Source of the DNA: a virus
IMG/VR virus record: IMGVR_UViG_3300023108_000014
Coordinates: 15,603 to 79,602 of that record
Reading direction: 5' to 3' (one strand)
Length of the DNA stretch: 64,000 bases
Below, one piece after another: positions 9,590 to 20,040 of the stretch. A program made the translations under genes and the position numbers. Every line of letters starts with the position of its first letter. The stretch's first letter is position 1. The notes under the pieces are model-generated. The model did not search any database and was not told the DNA's origin. It saw only the letters and a list, made by a program, of their open reading frames with translations.

Positions 9590-9769
9590 ATGGAAGAATA
9601 TAGGGTAGGCGATACCGTAGAATTTGTTGAAGGACCGTACTCAACTTATAGAGGAACAATTTTAGAAGTGCGTAATGACGGCGACACTGGCAAGTGTTTT
9701 GTTGCTGTTACAACACCTATTACCACTGAGAATGATTGGTATCCTATGACTTACTTCGTCAAGGTATGA
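9590..9769 (+). CDS. Stand-alone NusG C-terminal (KOW)-like protein, 59 aa, not in ORF track
   Basis: MEEYRVGDTVEFVEGPYSTYRGTILEV... matches the KOW consensus; AAGGAG RBS and ATAAATA upstream. Confidence 0.65.
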   Translation: MEEYRVGDTVEFVEGPYSTYRGTILEVRNDGDTGKCFVAVTTPITTENDWYPMTYFVKV

Positions 9770-9800
9770 GGCTAAATACATTTAGCAAGGAGTAAGACGA

Positions 9801-11429
9801 GTGGCTGTTATTCAAATTTCAAGAATTCAAAACCGTAGAGGGCGTGAAGGTACAACAGGTATCCCACAACTCGCATCAGGTGAAATTGGTTGGGCAATCG
9901 ATACACAAAAATTATACATTGGTAACGGAGCAGTATCAGAAGGTGCACCGGCAGTAGGTAATACACAAATACTAACCGCCAATGACGATATATTTGACTT
10001 TACTGACTCATATAGTTTTAAAAAGACAAGTTCTATTTGGGGAACAAGTGCTCCTTACGAAAGAAGTTTACAAGATAAATTAGATGACTTTGTTTCTGTA
10101 GCAGACTTTGGTGTTATAGGCGATGGAACAAATGTTACAACAAAATTAATTCAAGCTATTGATGCTTTGTTTTTAAACGGACTTACAGACCGTGCGTTAA
10201 GATATAAATTGTATTTTCCTGCAGGAAATTATGCTATTGAATCTACAATTCCTATTCCACCGTTTGTACAGTTAATAGGCGCAGGCGTAGAAAATACAAA
10301 GATTACAATGACTAAAGCAAACACTCCAATGTTTACGACAGTCAGCAGTAATTATACAGGCAATGGTGTCATTCCTGTAGATAGTCCAGAGCCTTACAAT
10401 GCTATAAATCCACAACAGTGTAGATTTATTGGTATAAGTGATATGCATCTAGAGCACCAAGGCGAAACAGGAAGAATCCTATTCTTGAATAACTGTGCAT
10501 TTGGAGAATTTAAAAATCTTAAGATGACAGGCAAGTGGACAGTATCAGCAGTAGGAAATCAAAAGGCAATCGAAATGAATGCTGATAGCGATACTGTAAC
10601 TTGTATCGGCAATATGTTTGACAATATAATGATTGACAGTTTCGAATATCACGTGTATAGTGATCATGATATTAGAGATAATACATGGAAAGATTGTGAA
10701 TTTGTATATGGAGATGTTGCGATGGCATTTGGTGAGGCTATGAGTTTAGGTACTCCTGGTAGTAACTATGGTCCACGATTCAGCACTATCTCAAATTGTA
10801 AATTTGATCAGATAAAGCGTGAAGGTATAAAAATTGTACACGGAGAATACAACGTATCTAGAGATAATAAGTTTTTCGAAGTAGGTACAAATCTTGGTGA
10901 TACAACAGACGGCACAGTAAGTCCAGTGATTGCACTTTCAAGTAACACAAACGTTAGTGAAACAGACTTCTTTGACAGAACAGGTAAGTTACTTCCTAAC
11001 AATCCAGATGGAGGCTTCTTCTTTATTGACTCTGTATACTATCCTGAAGTAGATGGTCAAACTAAAGTAGTAGGAAAATTTACCAACCAATTTGAAATTG
11101 GTGAACAAAGCGTTCCTAAAGAAATGCTTAAAGTTCCTTTAATTGAAAATGGTGTTATTGAAGTTGAATACCTTTATACAGAAACCGGACAAGGTATCCA
11201 AAGAGAAGGCACCCTTTCGATTGTTAACAACTCAAGTTTAGCAGCACCACAGTTAAGCGATGTGTATACACATACAGGACCGGCTTTATATAACACAGCA
11301 TTTACATGGGCAGCATCTGTTGTTGATAACAACAGCGATGGCACAGATGACACTATCCATATTACTTTAAAAAACACAATCCCAGTAGCGAACGATAATT
11401 TTGTATATACAGTAAACTATAGGTCTTAA
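9801..11429 (+). CDS. Tail/virion structural protein with beta-helix (pectate-lyase-3-like) domain
   Basis: N-terminal QISRIQNRRG...LASGEIGWAIDTQKLYIGNG; VSVADFGVIGDG; LYFPAGNY. Confidence 0.75.
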   Translation: MAVIQISRIQNRRGREGTTGIPQLASGEIGWAIDTQKLYIGNGAVSEGAPAVGNTQILTANDDIFDFTDSYSFKKTSSIWGTSAPYERSLQDKLDDFVSVADFGVIGDGTNVTTKLIQAIDALFLNGLTDRALRYKLYFPAGNYAIESTIPIPPFVQLIGAGVENTKITMTKANTPMFTTVSSNYTGNGVIPVDSPEPYNAINPQQCRFIGISDMHLEHQGETGRILFLNNCAFGEFKNLKMTGKWTVSAVGNQKAIEMNADSDTVTCIGNMFDNIMIDSFEYHVYSDHDIRDNTWKDCEFVYGDVAMAFGEAMSLGTPGSNYGPRFSTISNCKFDQIKREGIKIVHGEYNVSRDNKFFEVGTNLGDTTDGTVSPVIALSSNTNVSETDFFDRTGKLLPNNPDGGFFFIDSVYYPEVDGQTKVVGKFTNQFEIGEQSVPKEMLKVPLIENGVIEVEYLYTETGQGIQREGTLSIVNNSSLAAPQLSDVYTHTGPALYNTAFTWAASVVDNNSDGTDDTIHITLKNTIPVANDNFVYTVNYRS

Positions 11430-11854
11430 TGTTTAATTTAAAATATGAGGATAGGCTCAGTGCTTGGAAGTCATTTCGAAATGGCTTAGAAACTGCTAAG
11501 GATCCAATCCAAGATGTAATAAATTTATATAATACTGCACCTATAGTCAGTATACATATTGATCCATATGATCGTTTTACGTGGCCAGATCCCTGGACAC
11601 TAATTTATGAAAATTCGTATTGCGAGTTTGCAACAATCCTAGGAAAAGCGTATACGCTTCAGTTAACCGAACGTTTTTCCCAGAAGCAATTCGAGATACA
11701 TACATGCATTGATAGGGAGAAATCAGAACTAATGCACTTGCTTCTTGTAGATAATGCTGTAATTGGCTTTGATAGAAGCAAAGCAGTAAAAGCATCTAGT
11801 TTACCTGAGCACCTTGTCATAGATAATAAATACCAATTATTACAATTACGTTAA
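11429..11854 (+). CDS. Hypothetical phage protein
   Basis: TAATG-coupled ORF. Confidence 0.65.
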   Translation: MFNLKYEDRLSAWKSFRNGLETAKDPIQDVINLYNTAPIVSIHIDPYDRFTWPDPWTLIYENSYCEFATILGKAYTLQLTERFSQKQFEIHTCIDREKSELMHLLLVDNAVIGFDRSKAVKASSLPEHLVIDNKYQLLQLR

Positions 11855-11906
11855 TCGGCATCTACTATTATTGTAGGTGCCTCATTTTATTAAAAAGGAA
11901 AAGATA

Positions 11907-14222
11907 ATGATTCAAGTTACCAAGCGAGACGGACGAAAAGAACCACTAGACATTGAAAAACTACATAAGGTTGTTTTTAATGCATGTAAAGATACAACAG
12001 GTGTTAGTCCGAGCGAGGTAGAAATCAAAAGTCAAATCCAATTTTTTAATGGTATGAAGACAAGTGAGATTCAAGAAACACTTATCAAAGCAGCAGCAGA
12101 TCTTATTTCAGAAGAAACACCGAACTACCAATATGTTGGTGGTAGATTGATTAACTATCATCTTCGCAAAGAAGTATACGGAGGCTATGAGCCATGCACA
12201 GTGGTTGAATTAGTAGAGCGTAATACAGAAGCAGGATTTTATGATCCTGAATTGCTTGGAACGTATGACGATGAAGAATGGAAAAAGATTGAAAACTTTG
12301 TAAAACACGAGCGTGATGAAAACTTAACATATGTTGCTATGGAACAGTTACGTGGCAAATATCTTTGCCAAAACAGAGTGACTGGTGAAATTTTTGAAAC
12401 ACCACAAATGTGTTATGTTCTTATTGCAGCAAGTTTGTTCGCTAACTATCCAAAAGAAACAAGATTAAAATGGGTAAAGGATTATTATGATGCTATTAGT
12501 TTACACGATATCAGTTTGCCTACTCCTGTTATGGCTGGTGTCCGCACTCCCCAAAGACAGTTCTCAAGTTGTGTACTCATTGAAACTGATGACAGTCTCG
12601 ATAGCATTAATGCTACCAGTAGTAGTATTGTTAAGTATGTAAGTCAAAAAGCAGGCATTGGCATCGGAGGCGGTAGTATCCGTGCTATTGGCAGCCCAAT
12701 ACGTAAAGGTGATGCATATCACACAGGTATTATTCCATTCTACAAAATGTTCCAAGCAGCAACAAAGTCATGCTCACAAGGTGGCGTGCGTGGCGGAGCA
12801 GCAACAATCTATTATCCAATTTGGCATTTAGAAGTAGAAGAGTTACTTGTACTAAAAAACAACAAAGGCACAGAAGAAAATCGTGTGCGTCATATGGACT
12901 ATGGTGTGCAGTTTAACAAACTAATGTATGAAAGACTTGTCAGTGGCGGTGACATTACACTATTCTCGCCTAGTGATGTACCAGGCTTATACGATGCGTT
13001 CTTTGCGGACCAAGACAAGTTCCGTGAACTATATGAAACAGCAGAAAGAAATACAAGACTACGTAAGAAAACTATTCCTGCTTCTACACTTTTTGCATTG
13101 TTTATGGAGGAGCGCAAAAGCACTGGACGTATCTACCTACAAAACGTAGACAATGCAAATGACCACGGCTCATTCTTGCCAGACGTTGCACCTATTAGAC
13201 AGAGTAACCTGTGTGCAGAAATTGACTTGCCAACTAAGCCGCTAAAGGATTTAAACGATCCAGAAGGTGAAATCAGCCTATGCACATTGAGTGCAATCAA
13301 TTGGGGCAACGTGCGCACACCAGCAGACTTTGAAAAGGCTTGTACGTTGGCAGTGCGTGGTTTAGATGCACTATTAAGCTATCAAAACTATCCAATTATT
13401 GCTGCACAACTTTCAACAGAAAAACGCCGTCCGCTAGGTGTTGGTATTATTAACTTTGCTTACTGGCTTGCAAAAAATGGGCTCAACTACCAAGACATTG
13501 ACAGCGACGGACTTGCACTAGTAGATGAATATGCAGAAGCATGGAGTTACTATCTAATCAAAGCCAGTGCTGATATTGCAGCAGAACAGGGTGCATGTCC
13601 TGGCACACCAGAAACAAAATACGGACAGGGTATTACACCTAACCAAACATACAAAAAAGATGTAGACGATCTAGTGAAACACAAAGAGCGTATGGATTGG
13701 AAAGGATTGCGTAAGCAACTAAAAGATACTGGCATTCGAAACTCAACACTAATGGCTCTAATGCCTTCGGAAACAAGTGCGCAGATTGCAAATGCTACAA
13801 ACGGCATTGAACCACCACGTGCCTATATTAGTGTAAAACAATCAAAGCATGGTGTGTTGAAACAGGTTGTACCAGAGTTCAAGCGTCTCAAGAACAAGTA
13901 TGATTTACTATGGGATCAACAGTCACCAGAAGGCTATTTAAAAATTATGGCAGTGCTACAAAAGTATATTGATCAAGGTATTTCAGTTAACACAAGTTAT
14001 AACCCTGTGTTCTACGAAGATGAAAAGATTCCTATGTCAACAATGCTACAACATATGCTTATGTTTTACAAGTATGGCGGCAAACAACTTTACTATTTCA
14101 ATACAAATGATGGGCAGGGAGAGTTAGATATTTCCAAACTTGTTGTAGAACAAGAAGAACCAGATGCAAACGGTTATACCTTAGTTGAAGATGACGAGTA
14201 CTGTGAGACATGCGTGATTTAG
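11907..14222 (+). CDS. nrdA: Class Ia ribonucleotide reductase alpha subunit
   Basis: ATP-cone VTKRDG, QFSSCVL, SNLCAEI, MPSETS, LYY, C-terminal CETC; start moved to ATG 11907 after AAGGA. Confidence 0.97.
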   Translation: MIQVTKRDGRKEPLDIEKLHKVVFNACKDTTGVSPSEVEIKSQIQFFNGMKTSEIQETLIKAAADLISEETPNYQYVGGRLINYHLRKEVYGGYEPCTVVELVERNTEAGFYDPELLGTYDDEEWKKIENFVKHERDENLTYVAMEQLRGKYLCQNRVTGEIFETPQMCYVLIAASLFANYPKETRLKWVKDYYDAISLHDISLPTPVMAGVRTPQRQFSSCVLIETDDSLDSINATSSSIVKYVSQKAGIGIGGGSIRAIGSPIRKGDAYHTGIIPFYKMFQAATKSCSQGGVRGGAATIYYPIWHLEVEELLVLKNNKGTEENRVRHMDYGVQFNKLMYERLVSGGDITLFSPSDVPGLYDAFFADQDKFRELYETAERNTRLRKKTIPASTLFALFMEERKSTGRIYLQNVDNANDHGSFLPDVAPIRQSNLCAEIDLPTKPLKDLNDPEGEISLCTLSAINWGNVRTPADFEKACTLAVRGLDALLSYQNYPIIAAQLSTEKRRPLGVGIINFAYWLAKNGLNYQDIDSDGLALVDEYAEAWSYYLIKASADIAAEQGACPGTPETKYGQGITPNQTYKKDVDDLVKHKERMDWKGLRKQLKDTGIRNSTLMALMPSETSAQIANATNGIEPPRAYISVKQSKHGVLKQVVPEFKRLKNKYDLLWDQQSPEGYLKIMAVLQKYIDQGISVNTSYNPVFYEDEKIPMSTMLQHMLMFYKYGGKQLYYFNTNDGQGELDISKLVVEQEEPDANGYTLVEDDEYCETCVI

Positions 14223-14851
14223 AAAACATTAAGCATATGAAAATCTGTCATCGTAATTTCGATGATGCTGAAGTTTCAGATCATTTTATAGATTATCTTG
14301 CAGAGTGTATAAAATGGGCAAACATGAAAGATGGCTATAATTTTGTAAAAGTGATCTTTACTAAAAATAAAGATTTAATAAAAAATATTTATAGCCTATC
14401 AGGTCACCCTGATGAACAAACACATGTAAGAGAGTACAACGAGTTTTTTAAAGAACAAACTGATCCTAAAGCAGTATTTTTAGGTAATCCGCAGTTAGAT
14501 GCTCCATGTGTTGCAATCCTATGCCAAAATACTGCTACAGATAAGCGCAAGTATTGGAATGATGATGAAGAATATGAACAATTCAAAAACATCGCTATAG
14601 GAACAATTACAGGTATTATAAACTTTGAAGCAAATAGAATTGGTCTAAGAACAGGTAATTGTATTTGTTTAGATCACCAAGGATTAGCAGATTTATTATA
14701 TGGATATACTAATAAAAAATTCAATCCTATGATGGCAATCGGGATAGGACATCCCAATAAAAGATTAAATCCAAGGCAACACCCAGTTCATAAGAAAAAA
14801 TTTTACTCTCTCGAGAAACAATCCAAACCTTTAGAGATAATTAAAGTATAG
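14210..14851 (+). CDS. Nitroreductase-fold protein
   Basis: K-C-HRNF, NPQLDAP, GLRTGNCIC and IGIGHP; paralogous to 30757 and 46643. Confidence 0.65.
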   Translation: MRDLENIKHMKICHRNFDDAEVSDHFIDYLAECIKWANMKDGYNFVKVIFTKNKDLIKNIYSLSGHPDEQTHVREYNEFFKEQTDPKAVFLGNPQLDAPCVAILCQNTATDKRKYWNDDEEYEQFKNIAIGTITGIINFEANRIGLRTGNCICLDHQGLADLLYGYTNKKFNPMMAIGIGHPNKRLNPRQHPVHKKKFYSLEKQSKPLEIIKV

Positions 14852-14852
14852 G

Positions 14853-14880
14853 TTGACAAATAACCTAAAATCGTTATAAT
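14853..14880 (+). promoter_or_regulatory. Sigma70-type promoter for nrdB
   Basis: TTGACA-N16-TATAAT. Confidence 0.75.
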
Positions 14881-14901
14881 AATAAAAAAGGATAGACAGA
14901 C

Positions 14902-16029
14902 ATGAGCGTTTTTGACACAACTAACCGTGCCGACCATACACAGGTTCTAGCATTTTTAGATCCTACAGGCGGCCCAACTATTCAACGGTACGACACGTTG
15001 AAGTATAAACAATTTGATAATCTTACAGATAAACAGTTGGGTTTCTTTTGGCGTCCGGAAGAAGTTGATATCTATAAAGATGCAAAAGACTTCAAAGGCT
15101 TGACTGACTTTGAACAGCATATCTTTACTTCAAATCTAAAACGCCAAATTCTATTAGACTCAGTACAAGGGAGAGCACCAGTAGAAGCATTTGCTCCGAT
15201 TGTATCCTTACCGGAGTTAGAAAACTGGATCCAAACATGGACCTTTTCAGAAACTATTCACTCACGTTCATATACACATATCATCCGTAATGTTTACAGC
15301 AATCCAAGTAAGATTTTTGATGAATTAATGAACATCGAAGAGATTGTTGATTGCGCCGGCGACATTTCAAAGTATTATGATGAACTGATTGAAACAAGTA
15401 TGTATTACAACTTGTTGGGTGAAGGCACACATACAGTAAATGGTAAAAAGGTTGTGGTAGATCTTTACGAATTAAAGAAAAGTTTGTGGCTTACATTGAT
15501 GAGCGTGAACATCCTTGAAGGTGTGCGTTTCTATGTATCATTTGCATGTAGTTGGGCATTTGCTGAACTTAAGAAGATGGAAGGCAATGCCAAGATCATT
15601 AAACTAATCGCACGTGATGAGAACCTGCACCTAGCAAGCACACAAATGTTGTTAAAGATCCTTAAAAAAGATGATCCTGACTTTGCTAAAATTGCAGAAG
15701 AAACAGAAGAAGAATGCATTCAGATGTTTGTAGACGCAGTTGATCAAGAAAAAGCATGGGCAGAATATTTGTTTAAAGATGGTTCAATGATTGGACTTAA
15801 CACACAACTACTAAGCGACTACATTGAATTTATTTGCACACGCAGAATGACAAACGTTGCGTTGAAGTCACCTTACACAATTAAAACAAACCCGCTACCT
15901 TGGACACAGAAGTGGATTAGTGGTGCAGACGTTCAAGTTGCTCCACAAGAAACAGAAATCACAAGTTACATCAACGGTGGTACAAAACAAGATGTAACAG
16001 AAGATACATTCAAAGGATTTTCGCTATGA
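14902..16029 (+). CDS. nrdB: Class Ia ribonucleotide reductase beta subunit
   Basis: FFWRPEEVD, ETIHSRSY, EGVRFYVSF, RDENLH and VAPQETEITSY. Confidence 0.97.
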   Translation: MSVFDTTNRADHTQVLAFLDPTGGPTIQRYDTLKYKQFDNLTDKQLGFFWRPEEVDIYKDAKDFKGLTDFEQHIFTSNLKRQILLDSVQGRAPVEAFAPIVSLPELENWIQTWTFSETIHSRSYTHIIRNVYSNPSKIFDELMNIEEIVDCAGDISKYYDELIETSMYYNLLGEGTHTVNGKKVVVDLYELKKSLWLTLMSVNILEGVRFYVSFACSWAFAELKKMEGNAKIIKLIARDENLHLASTQMLLKILKKDDPDFAKIAEETEEECIQMFVDAVDQEKAWAEYLFKDGSMIGLNTQLLSDYIEFICTRRMTNVALKSPYTIKTNPLPWTQKWISGADVQVAPQETEITSYINGGTKQDVTEDTFKGFSL

Positions 16030-16277
16030 TATACATTTGGGGTAAACCAGCATGTCCATCATGCTTAAAAGCAAAGGCAATATGCGAAAAATACAATTAT
16101 ATGTTTGAATACAGAGAACTGGGTAAAGACTTTGATAGAGAAGAAGTTCTAACAGAGTTTCCAGAAGCACGTACATTTCCACAGATTGTTGTAAACGGCC
16201 TTAAAGTAGGAGGCTACGAGCAATTTGTAAAATATATTGAAGACACAGGCTATAACGGAACAGGATACACATTATAA
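16026..16277 (+). CDS. Glutaredoxin
   Basis: CPSC active site, RTFPQI, VGGY. Confidence 0.92.
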   Translation: MIYIWGKPACPSCLKAKAICEKYNYMFEYRELGKDFDREEVLTEFPEARTFPQIVVNGLKVGGYEQFVKYIEDTGYNGTGYTL

Positions 16278-16567
16278 TGTTAATTGAAGCACCATATAAA
16301 AAACACGACACTATTACTGTAAAAATTACTAGCGGTGATGAAATTGTCGGACGTTTTGTAGAAGAAAATGATACAACACTTACAATTCAAAAACCTCTTG
16401 CTCTAATGGCAACACAACAAGGTATTGGACTAGGTCCATATGCTTTCACTGTACCTCAAGGTGCAGATATTAGGTTAAATAAACATAGTATTCTGTTTGT
16501 TGCCAAAACTGATACAGAAATGGCCAAGCAGTATATTACAAGTACAACCGGAGTACAAATGGTATAA
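16277..16567 (+). CDS. Conserved phage protein (Sm-like fold possible)
   Basis: KITSGDEIVGR motif. Confidence 0.6.
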   Translation: MLIEAPYKKHDTITVKITSGDEIVGRFVEENDTTLTIQKPLALMATQQGIGLGPYAFTVPQGADIRLNKHSILFVAKTDTEMAKQYITSTTGVQMV

Positions 16568-16899
16568 TGACGACATTGGTTGCAAGAAAAACAGATACTT
16601 GTACAACAGGTCATTCTTGCGACACTACGACTACACTCAACGTAAGTCAAAGTACTGTTTACGCTGAGGGATTACTTATAGCCAGAAAAGGTGATCCAAC
16701 CGTTTCGCACGATGTTCCAACTCCGGTACCAGATGGCATGGGTGGAACAACAATTGTGTGTTTGCCTCACACAGGTTCTGTTTCAACTGCAAACGGCACT
16801 GTTTATGCTGAAGGCGCACTAGTAACAAGAATTAACGAAACTGTAAATTGCAGCGGCGGAAAAATCACAAGTTCGGCTTCAACTGTATACGCAGAATAA
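16567..16899 (+). CDS. PAAR-like spike tip protein
   Basis: VARKTD, IARKGD, STVYAE repeats with His/Cys ligands. Confidence 0.75.
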   Translation: MTTLVARKTDTCTTGHSCDTTTTLNVSQSTVYAEGLLIARKGDPTVSHDVPTPVPDGMGGTTIVCLPHTGSVSTANGTVYAEGALVTRINETVNCSGGKITSSASTVYAE

Positions 16900-16912
16900 T
16901 AAGTGGTGATTA

Positions 16913-17092
16913 ATGACTGACTTACATGATGAACTAAAAGCCCTATTCACAACCTATATTAGAGAATCAGAAAAATTTGAACACGAAGGCGTTAAAGTCA
17001 GTGCTGTCAGAGCACGGCAAGCATTAAATGAATTAAAGGCTCTTATACCTCAAAGACGTAAACAAATCCAAGATAAGAAAATGGAAATGTAA
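16913..17092 (+). CDS. Hc1-like (histone H1-like) nucleoid protein, 59 aa, not in ORF track
   Basis: MTDLHDELK...GVKVSAVRARQALNELKALIPQRRKQIQDKK. Confidence 0.65.
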   Translation: MTDLHDELKALFTTYIRESEKFEHEGVKVSAVRARQALNELKALIPQRRKQIQDKKMEM

Positions 17093-17114
17093 TAAATACA
17101 TGTAGGAGATATAA

Positions 17115-17393
17115 ATGGATACCGTAGAAGATTTAAGATTGCTATTATTAGCAGAGTATAATGTACACCCTACAGAATATGATGGGGAAACTTTAGATTA
17201 TAAATTTATCCGATTCAGAAGATCTAAGCCTGGTTATGTGTTTAACGAAGGCGGTAGTGATAATTGGGAAGTACACATGCACGGACACACTCCTACGTTT
17301 TACAGAACTGACGATCTATTGAAACAATTAGAAGCTGGCGGTAGTCTTCTGTACTGGTTCCATCCTGATTCTCCGCTGGTAAAAAATGGATAG
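17115..17393 (+). CDS. Hypothetical protein
   Basis: AGGAG RBS and ATAAATA upstream. Confidence 0.65.
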   Translation: MDTVEDLRLLLLAEYNVHPTEYDGETLDYKFIRFRRSKPGYVFNEGGSDNWEVHMHGHTPTFYRTDDLLKQLEAGGSLLYWFHPDSPLVKNG

Positions 17394-17712
17394 AGAAAAC
17401 GTAAAATACCTAAATGATTTGGCAGCAAGAGCCAATTACTATACTCAAGTAAGACGTAATGTCATTGAGTATATTACCAAACGAAAAATTGATGAAAAAC
17501 CTTTAACTGTATCTTTACTTCTAATGTCAGCACTTTGGGCAGCAGATAAAAGACAAGAAGATATTGATGAAGATGACTTAACCATTTATTTTGGTTTACA
17601 TAAACGAGATGAAGATGAAGAACCGGGGGCCGTTGTAAAATTAAATCCTCAATATCGAGGAATGAGTTTACAACAAGTGTTAGATATAACGGTCCAGAGT
17701 CATGTTGAATGA
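17386..17712 (+). CDS. Hypothetical protein
   Basis: Overlapping ORF. Confidence 0.6.
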   Translation: MDRENVKYLNDLAARANYYTQVRRNVIEYITKRKIDEKPLTVSLLLMSALWAADKRQEDIDEDDLTIYFGLHKRDEDEEPGAVVKLNPQYRGMSLQQVLDITVQSHVE

Positions 17713-18442
17713 ACACGTAAAATTAAAATCATATGACCAACTAGTAGAACTATTTACAGACTTTGATAATTTCTGTGGTACTAAAACCTACGTAGCAAAA
17801 TCAACGCTTGAAGATGTAGGACTTGTTAGAAATAAACCATACAGTGGCATTTCAGATGACATAGAAGAAATAGTAAGTGATATGACAAAACGTTGTGGAC
17901 CTAAATTTCTGTCTAACCATCCTAGAGCCAATGCTGACTTACTAGAAAAGTCAAACACAATTTCAGTAATAGGAAAAGATATTGCCAAAGGCGGAAAGAT
18001 TACACATCCGATGTGTATACACTACTTTGGCAAGAAAGTAGCGTGTCATCCTGGTAATAGTAGATTATATTTTCAAAGAGTATATCCCTATCCTGTGTAC
18101 ACTATTTTTACAGACTACAAAGGAGATATCCAACAACGTTTTCCGCACATTAAATTTTGTAACCCTAAGGAACATGAATTTAGTGTCAAAGGTTTAAACT
18201 ATGTATGTTTTGATAATCTTGCCGAAAAGTGTCCGCGAGGAATACAAAAGGTTACAAAAGATAGACTTTGTTATATTCAAGAAGTAATAGAAGATTGGCC
18301 TCAAGAACTAGGCGATCCTACACTTTACCATCCTCCAAAAGAATTTAAGGTTGTAAAAGGAAGAGTGTATGTTGATAATCAATTGATATATCAAAAATTT
18401 AGAACAGAATGGAGAGTAGTAATTGATATTAAACACAGTTAA
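17702..18442 (+). CDS. Hypothetical protein
   Basis: 246-aa ORF within the operon. Confidence 0.65.
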   Translation: MLNEHVKLKSYDQLVELFTDFDNFCGTKTYVAKSTLEDVGLVRNKPYSGISDDIEEIVSDMTKRCGPKFLSNHPRANADLLEKSNTISVIGKDIAKGGKITHPMCIHYFGKKVACHPGNSRLYFQRVYPYPVYTIFTDYKGDIQQRFPHIKFCNPKEHEFSVKGLNYVCFDNLAEKCPRGIQKVTKDRLCYIQEVIEDWPQELGDPTLYHPPKEFKVVKGRVYVDNQLIYQKFRTEWRVVIDIKHS

Positions 18443-18962
18443 TGTAGGTTACACAATTTGGCAGTTTAAAAACCTTATAAGTGATGATCTTATAAGATGC
18501 ATTATCAACGAATCTGAAGTGCTTTCCTGGGGATCGTTGAATGGTAAACGCACAGATAAAAATGTAAGGCATTGGATGCATCATTATGAACATCCTTGTT
18601 TTTGGGATGTAATAGAGTTTTTTGATTCATACGAAACAAGAAAAATGTTTGGCGAAACTGTAGGTAAAGATTATACAACTGATAGATTGAGAATTGAACT
18701 TTGTAAAGATCTTAAAGGCAGTTGGTTAGAAGATCACTGCGACGACGATGCTAAAACTTTTACATTGCAATTATATTTAAATTATCAAGAAACCAGTACA
18801 ACTTTTAACAATATAAAAACAAGAGCTACAAGAGGCAGTGGTTGGTTTTTTGTAAACACTGGTAATGAACCGCATAAATTAGATCCTCTGGAAGATGATA
18901 GAGTCAGCATAATTGTAAATTATGTAAATGATAATTGGCAAGATGAAAGTGTGCTTGTATGA
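18423..18962 (+). CDS. 2OG-Fe(II) oxygenase-like protein
   Basis: HxD (DHCDD), LQLYL, distal H, R-x-S-I-I-V-N-Y. Confidence 0.7.
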   Translation: MILNTVNVGYTIWQFKNLISDDLIRCIINESEVLSWGSLNGKRTDKNVRHWMHHYEHPCFWDVIEFFDSYETRKMFGETVGKDYTTDRLRIELCKDLKGSWLEDHCDDDAKTFTLQLYLNYQETSTTFNNIKTRATRGSGWFFVNTGNEPHKLDPLEDDRVSIIVNYVNDNWQDESVLV

Positions 18963-19459
18963 TCGTAGAGAAAATACAAGACCCTTATACACAATATCTC
19001 ATACATAATTTTTTACCTCAAGATGTGTTTGATGAATTTAATGAGTATAGTAAAAACTTACCTCGATATGAAGCACGTACAATGCATCCTTTTAAAGAAG
19101 GCAAGTGGCATGATTTGCTAGAAGAACCTATGGCAGATTTGTCTGATATAATAAAGTATGACTTTGCTAGACACTACCTAGAATTACAATTTGATAATAT
19201 TGATATAGACTGGCAATACAATAAAGTTCATACAGACAATCCTAAAAAGATTTTTACTTTTGTTTTAGGTTTAGCAGACACAGGCACAGGTACAAAAATC
19301 TATAAAAATAAAACAGAGTTTTCTCATCAAAATCCCTATATAAAAAATGGTGGTACAGCATTCTTTAGAGGCGAGCAAACTTGGCACGACTTTGATGCTA
19401 TCGATTGTATAGAGCAAAGACGTACATTAATAATAATGGTTTGCAAAAAACCACTATAA
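18959..19459 (+). CDS. 2OG-Fe(II) oxygenase-like protein
   Basis: VHTD, GTKIY, TWHD and RRTL. Confidence 0.7.
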   Translation: MIVEKIQDPYTQYLIHNFLPQDVFDEFNEYSKNLPRYEARTMHPFKEGKWHDLLEEPMADLSDIIKYDFARHYLELQFDNIDIDWQYNKVHTDNPKKIFTFVLGLADTGTGTKIYKNKTEFSHQNPYIKNGGTAFFRGEQTWHDFDAIDCIEQRRTLIIMVCKKPL

Positions 19460-19466
19460 ATAATAT

Positions 19467-20036
19467 ATGAATACAATTTTCATACATGGCGCTACAGCAA
19501 GCGAAAGAAGTTTTGCTTTTATTCAAAAAGAAATAAAAGTAAAAGATCCTATTTTTCTGAATTACGATAAAGAAACAACTGCTGAAGAAAATCTACAAGA
19601 AATGAAACAAATCATTAGGGAAAACAAGGGGCCTTTTAGTATCATTGCGCATAGTTTAGGCGGAGTATATGCAACTTACTTGCAAAATGAATTTGATATT
19701 AAAGGCGTTGTAAGTCTTGCTACACCGTTCAATGGCAGCGAGATAGCAACTTGGGGTGGTTTACTAAATCCAGGATATCAATTATTTAGAGATATCACGC
19801 CACACAGTGCATTTATAAAAGGCAGTAGAAAACTTTCAATAAAAGTTCCTTGGTTACAAATTGTTACTACAACAGGTGATGTTCCTTGGTTATCAGGAAA
19901 GAATGATGGTATTGTTACACGACATTCAATGACTTGCAGAGGCGATGTAGAATACACAACAATTGATAGAAACCATTACGAAATTGTTTTAAGTAAAAGA
20001 GTGGTTGACACTATCAAATATAGACTGTATAAATAA
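19467..20036 (+). CDS. Alpha/beta hydrolase
   Basis: FIHGA, AHSLGG nucleophile elbow, NDGIV, NH. Confidence 0.85.
   Translation: MNTIFIHGATASERSFAFIQKEIKVKDPIFLNYDKETTAEENLQEMKQIIRENKGPFSIIAHSLGGVYATYLQNEFDIKGVVSLATPFNGSEIATWGGLLNPGYQLFRDITPHSAFIKGSRKLSIKVPWLQIVTTTGDVPWLSGKNDGIVTRHSMTCRGDVEYTTIDRNHYEIVLSKRVVDTIKYRLYK
20005..20035 (+). promoter_or_regulatory. Composite sigma70/late promoter for tmRNA
   Basis: TTGACA-N17-TATAAA, with the -10 embedded in TATAAATA. Confidence 0.7.
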
Positions 20037-20040
20037 AAGG

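Noticed and set aside
14210-14851. Possible intron or homing endonuclease between nrdA and nrdB
   Set aside because: Both nrd genes are intact and the ORF is nitroreductase-like, with no HNH, GIY-YIG or LAGLIDADG motif.
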